In this document: in pieces, positions 3,601-5,643 of the stretch
Numbering within the stretch: the stretch's first letter is position 1
How the letters are laid out: each line of letters starts with the position of its first letter
From: an archaeon
GTDB taxonomy: Archaea; Iainarchaeota; Iainarchaeia; Iainarchaeales; CSSED10-239
Direction: 5' to 3'
Length of the DNA: 5,643 nt
NCBI GenBank assembly: GCA_035387745.1
Contig: DAOOON010000009.1
Span: forward strand, 28,177-33,819
Position numbers and translations under genes: made by a program
The notes under the pieces: model-generated
The model's input: the letters and a program-made list of their open reading frames with translations, nothing else
Told to the model about the DNA's origin: nothing
Databases searched by the model: none

Positions 3601-5643
3601 GAGTAAAGGACAGATTCAAAAGAGATCTTTTGGCAAACCCAGTTCCAGTAGGAGCTTTAGGTATAGCTTCAGTAAATAATATTCCAGGCCAAGAACCAAA
3701 CAACAAAGTTTATGTTTATGTTGAGGCACAAGAGTATGAGACAAGTATAAGTGAGATAAAGATAACTGACGAGATCTTTGAGATCACTCCAACAAGACTT
3801 GGAGTATCCTTAAATATTAATACTAAGAAAACAGAAAATGCAAAGTTTACTATTGAAAATAGAAGCGAAAGCGAGTTAGTAATTGATTCTATTACCTTTA
3901 TGGGTAACGACAGTGAAATAGATGCAATAGATGTACAAAGAGTAAATAATTCGTTATTAGGATTTGTAGGCACAGAGATTCCTGGTGTTGATTCAAGTGA
4001 AAAGCCTGGCGCAGATAATTATAATAATAAACAAGAGATTACTGCAAGTTTCTTTACAAGCCCTAGAGCAAGCACAATAGATTCAACAAGAAACATCAGT
4101 TCTAAATTAGTAATTAAACTAAAAGATAAATATAATAAAGAGTATATCTGGGCAACAGAACTACCAGTAACATTAACTGTTGGTTATGAAGGGTTAATGG
4201 ACGATTCTCATTGTATGACTCTTTCAGAAGAGTCTTGGGAGACAACAGTAGTTGATAAATATGTAGAAAAGCAATTTACTTTTAAGAACAACTGCGGAGT
4301 TAATTCTAAACCAGTTCCATTAAATGGGGGTCTTTCTGCTAAAGTTGAGTATGAAGGCAGTAGTCCTTTAGGGGTATTTACAGTTAATGTTGGTAACAGA
4401 TTAGTGGAGTTATCACATGGCTATTATAAGAACATCTATGACTCTGTGGATTCTGAAAAGCAACACAACGTTGTTTTAAAATATACTCCTGTTGGTAGAT
4501 TTACAGGAGACATAAAAGGAAAGATTATTTTTAGATCATTAAATGACACAGGCTCTGGTGCTCAAGAATTAATAAGCGAATATAAGTTTGTATTACATGT
4601 AATAAGCTTAAAAGACTGTTATGCGGTCTCAAAGAAAGTCTTAACAGCAAAAGATACTGGCGAGCCAGACGCCTTTGTAATTGAGAACAAAGGTTGTGGT
4701 TCAGAGATAACTTATCGTTTATCTTGTGATGACTGTACGGGCTTAGTATTAAATCCAAAAGAAAACATAGTAGTTCCAGCTACCGGATCAAGTGAAGAGA
4801 TAAAAGTTATGTCTCAGGGTGCAATGCCAGGAATTTATCTATTAAATGTATATTCAAAGGTAAGTGGAGCAAGAGGCTCAGAAAGAAATGTTGGAAAAGT
4901 AAGAGTAGAAGTAAGGCCAACGACACAATGTATTGATCTTGATAGATACGAGTATGATTTATACAGATATGAATTTTCAGACACAGGAAATCCAACAAAA
5001 GCAAAGAGTTACGATATTGGTAACATTATCAATAAATGTTACGGTCAAGACGTAAACGTTTTAGGAAAAATGAAGAAAGACGCCATCTGGAAGATGGCCC
5101 TATGGAATGGCCTAAGAGATGGTCTATTCACCTGGGGTGTCTCTTCTTTAATAAAGAATTTTGAAGAAGTTACTAAAAATATAAAATCAATAACCTCATC
5201 TGTTTTAGCTACAGTTGCTAAAGATTATACAAACTCAACACCTGCTCAAAAAACTGATGCTCTAATGAATGAATTAAATAAAATAGACAAAGAATTAGAT
5301 AAATATTTAAAATACTTAGATAATCCAAAAATTAAGTCCAAAGAAAAGACAAATATTAAGAATGCTGTAACTGACCTTGAATCGGGTCTTGGTAAATTAA
5401 AAGCAAAATTCCCAGATCAAGCAGGAATTGCGCCTGCAAATGCTTTGGTTGCAGAAATAGAAAACAAAATTACAGAAATTAAAGAAAAGCTAAGGGATAA
5501 TTCTAAAGAGCCAGAATGTTCTACAACAAAACTATGTACTGATACTACAAAAGAATGTAAAGATGGTGTTTGTGTAGCAAAGTCAGCTGAGCCAGAATGT
5601 TCTACAACAAAACTATGTACTGATACTACAAAAGAATGTAAAG
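651..5643 (+). CDS. Giant membrane-anchored multi-domain cell-surface protein (3'-truncated by the window; more than 1,664 aa; putative adhesin or S-layer-associated mega-protein)
   Basis: I translated this frame by hand. ATG 651 is the only start possible, because in-frame TAA at 636-638 closes the frame just upstream. I saw no TAA/TAG/TGA in frame up to nt 5643, and I re-verified the phase at 2520, 3000, 4200, 5100 and 5508. In DNA this AT-rich a random frame should close within a few dozen codons at most; the longest minus-strand ORF is 101 aa. The translation is protein-like throughout, with an RBS, a signal anchor, recurring beta-sandwich motifs, paired Cys and many N-x-S/T sequons. Codon bias is consistent (Arg almost always AGA; Ile ATA/ATT; Leu TTA). 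The ORF is missing from the supplied track, presumably because it has no in-window stop. Confidence 0.93.
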   Translation, partial: MGLKKFYYSIENKWYDFVEKTGLYKVTDKIDKFMPSLIFFILLIIMIIAGIFLLLPMIKGSGDIELTFKVMDEFDEPVPLAPVLVTTSDDAYNLKTNENGLTSKIRLPFNTKYSVDIDYFGSDYESYSEEFVAEYDDEIDIYLYSISEETTSTYSFTLVDSQTRMQINKTGTIEFMCSNFGVLPPNSLTFSSGNITIIADSDCQLKAKSIMIEGYVTRNDISITQNIGTIDFVSSDPIDFEAVYPVYVTVLGEDGSPLTGMRAELYTNGIAAYGKNCTTTAGSCTILSVDAGSYVLKITDTRAVPEYGLVEESIIVSGITPKTINMTRTIAGYIQVKVKRTNNQAIENAEVKLKYGDNIISSGHTTNSNGIVNVPVYDLSRTYRVVASKEGYLVGSASNITASESIPTNPTVTITLQQITPQTTATVKVTVLDSVTVKGFSHAQVVLYDSTTGFLTDYDSQITNSDGNCTFRVAPGTYYAKAFKGSSEGVSEEFEVIISSSTEEVNVIIPIEVVKTSINITVVDHYGEPVPRANILLFDKYNSRRAIWGGDLANIDGTFLISDLVSDSEVYAVISDIADNLGATQSEYIYLKADTINELKVTLYPKQTSLQKPEIKFLGFFNDVGEKLNGYLKSGADYKARFLLLIPQDRDGRDEFEEVGAVVRTGSPSSVASPYMENDSIYIRSINLPNAEVTRYTQYSSESGYDGIDDVDTLTEGDAKWAKILFNEIYGSNYANAYTIMADVKVKDTAVYGEEVAINYLGYGYTENNRYETDPIDDTPNSNDLEYMTQKTENFNIGEEQACSDDFCFNLNIINLDEDLREDVVDNYTASPNQHYKLRFGLINNDADTVYNVNSRMQIKNEDKGLKFSSIKITQPNGQLLTTTANENTSEYDISITQFNPHTKILGEIDFIPVLKGDRIFDLTFVSDQRVIFTKQVAIHVLSDKTFIVKITPNVIPSGKNFNLQVEVKDAITNIEVDKQVNVRVKDRFKRDLLANPVPVGALGIASVNNIPGQEPNNKVYVYVEAQEYETSISEIKITDEIFEITPTRLGVSLNINTKKTENAKFTIENRSESELVIDSITFMGNDSEIDAIDVQRVNNSLLGFVGTEIPGVDSSEKPGADNYNNKQEITASFFTSPRASTIDSTRNISSKLVIKLKDKYNKEYIWATELPVTLTVGYEGLMDDSHCMTLSEESWETTVVDKYVEKQFTFKNNCGVNSKPVPLNGGLSAKVEYEGSSPLGVFTVNVGNRLVELSHGYYKNIYDSVDSEKQHNVVLKYTPVGRFTGDIKGKIIFRSLNDTGSGAQELISEYKFVLHVISLKDCYAVSKKVLTAKDTGEPDAFVIENKGCGSEITYRLSCDDCTGLVLNPKENIVVPATGSSEEIKVMSQGAMPGIYLLNVYSKVSGARGSERNVGKVRVEVRPTTQCIDLDRYEYDLYRYEFSDTGNPTKAKSYDIGNIINKCYGQDVNVLGKMKKDAIWKMALWNGLRDGLFTWGVSSLIKNFEEVTKNIKSITSSVLATVAKDYTNSTPAQKTDALMNELNKIDKELDKYLKYLDNPKIKSKEKTNIKNAVTDLESGLGKLKAKFPDQAGIAPANALVAEIENKITEIKEKLRDNSKEPECSTTKLCTDTTKECKDGVCVAKSAEPECSTTKLCTDTTKECK
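753..824 (+). other. N-terminal transmembrane signal anchor of the giant protein
   Basis: Residues 35-58 (PSLIFFILLIIMIIAGIFLLLPMI) form an uninterrupted hydrophobic stretch. A 34-aa charged, aromatic N-terminal segment precedes it (MGLKKFYYSIENKWYDFVEKTGLYKVTDKIDKFM). That n-region is too long for a classical cleavable Sec signal peptide. It therefore looks like a type-II-style anchor with the bulk of the protein outside the cell. Confidence 0.75.
837..2462 (+). repeat. Array of about six diverged ~85-aa transthyretin/CarboxypepD_reg-like (PEGA-like) beta-sandwich modules (protein-level repeats only)
   Basis: A pattern recurs about every 85-90 aa: h-x-h-x-V-x-D ... G-x-P-h ... A-x-V-x-L ... 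T-(N/D)-x-(N/D)-G-x-h-x-h ... G-x-Y-x-h-x-h ... G-Y/F. Examples are IELTFKVMDEFDEPVPLAPVLV..NENGLTS; VYVTVLGEDGSPLTGMRAELY..AGSCTILSVDAGSYVLKI; IQVKVKRTNNQAIENAEVKLKY..NSNGIVNVPVYDLSRTYRVVASKEGY; VKVTVLDSVTVKGFSHAQVVLYD..NSDGNCTFRVAPGTYYAKAFK; INITVVDHYGEPVPRANILLFD..NIDGTFLISDLVSDSEVYAVISD. Module 2 (aa 154-236) is the least canonical. The family assignment comes from motif memory, not from a search. Confidence 0.55.
3786..4919 (+). other. Three consecutive Ig-like beta-sandwich modules with an F-x-(I/F)-x-N strand (CARDB/ASH/PapD-like pattern)
   Basis: Approximate modules are 3786-4190, 4212-4607 and 4617-4919. Each has an early strand of the form AKFTIENRSESELVI, KQFTFKNNCGVNSKPV or DAFVIENKGCGSEITY. 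Each ends in an alternating hydrophobic strand (VTLTVGY, KFVLHVIS, VRVEVRP). Cysteines are placed at module boundaries (C1188, C1215, C1323, C1349, C1359, C1362, C1427). Boundaries are approximate. Confidence 0.45.
5070..5150 (+). other. Trp-rich amphipathic/hydrophobic segment
   Basis: Residues 1474-1500 read MKKDAIWKMALWNGLRDGLFTWGVSSL, with 3 Trp in 17 residues and hydrophobic runs interrupted by R and D. It is not a clean transmembrane helix and looks more like an interfacial or membrane-interacting helix. Confidence 0.35.
5151..5504 (+). other. Predicted alpha-helical (coiled-coil-like) stalk
   Basis: Residues 1501-1618 are K/E/L/N-rich with heptad-like stretches (TDALMNELNKIDKELDKYLKYL, AVTDLESGLGKLKAKF, ALVAEIENKITEIKEKLRD). 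This contrasts sharply with the beta-type composition of the preceding ~1,400 aa. Confidence 0.45.
5508..5643 (+). repeat. Nucleotide-perfect in-frame 81-bp tandem repeat encoding a 27-aa four-Cys module (array truncated by the window end)
   Basis: nt 5508-5562 and nt 5589-5643 are identical at 55 of 55 positions (GAGCCAGAATGTTCTACAACAAAACTATGTACTGATACTACAAAAGAATGTAAAG). The period is 81 nt, or 27 codons, and 5508 is a first codon position of the giant ORF. The unit is EPECSTTKLCTDTTKECKDGVCVAKSA. Confidence 0.95.

Noticed and set aside
2512-5004. Five minus-strand ORFs of 62-85 aa (2512-2718, 2942-3130, 3716-3973, 4531-4758, 4807-5004)
   Set aside because: All lie antisense within the 5-kb + strand ORF. 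Their translations are Leu/Ile/Ser-rich low-complexity strings, as expected from reading an A-rich coding strand backwards. They are short and scattered with no start signals, so I treat them as chance ORFs.
5508-5643. The direct repeat as a CRISPR array
   Set aside because: The copies are directly adjacent, with an 81-bp unit and no unique spacers. They are in phase with a long ORF and encode a coherent Cys-patterned peptide. This is a coding tandem repeat, not a CRISPR array.
1-5643. Mobile element, integron/IS boundaries, tRNA/rRNA/ncRNA genes
   Set aside because: I saw no terminal inverted repeats, no transposase- or integrase-like translation and no G+C-rich structured RNA-like segment. 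The whole window apart from 51 nt is accounted for by two protein-coding frames.

Overview
This is an AT-rich window; the first 60 nt contain 19 G+C and the rest looks similar by eye. All credible coding is on the + strand, in one reading frame. There are two co-directional genes. (1) nt 3-599 is the 3' end of a beta-rich secreted or surface repeat protein. Its frame is open from the window edge, so the ATG at 45 in the track is probably internal. (2) A 51-nt TATA-rich spacer with an AAGGTG ribosome-binding site follows. A giant ORF then starts at ATG 651 and stays open for 1,664 codons to the last base of the window. The supplied ORF track does not list it, presumably because it has no stop codon inside the window, yet it covers about 88% of the sequence. 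By hand translation it encodes an N-terminal signal anchor and about six diverged transthyretin/CarboxypepD_reg-like beta-sandwich modules. An acidic central region with no motif I recognise comes next, followed by further Ig-like modules carrying an F-x-I/F-x-N strand and paired cysteines. After those come a Trp-rich amphipathic segment and a helical stalk of about 118 aa. At the window edge there is a nucleotide-perfect, in-frame 81-bp tandem repeat encoding a 27-aa four-cysteine module. I read the locus as part of a cell-surface 'mega-adhesin' cluster. Such clusters are seen in small-genome episymbionts (DPANN archaea, CPR bacteria) and in archaeal extrachromosomal elements, but I cannot assign the taxon from this window. 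All six minus-strand ORFs in the track look like antisense shadows. I saw no RNA genes, CRISPR arrays, transposases or other mobile-element hallmarks.
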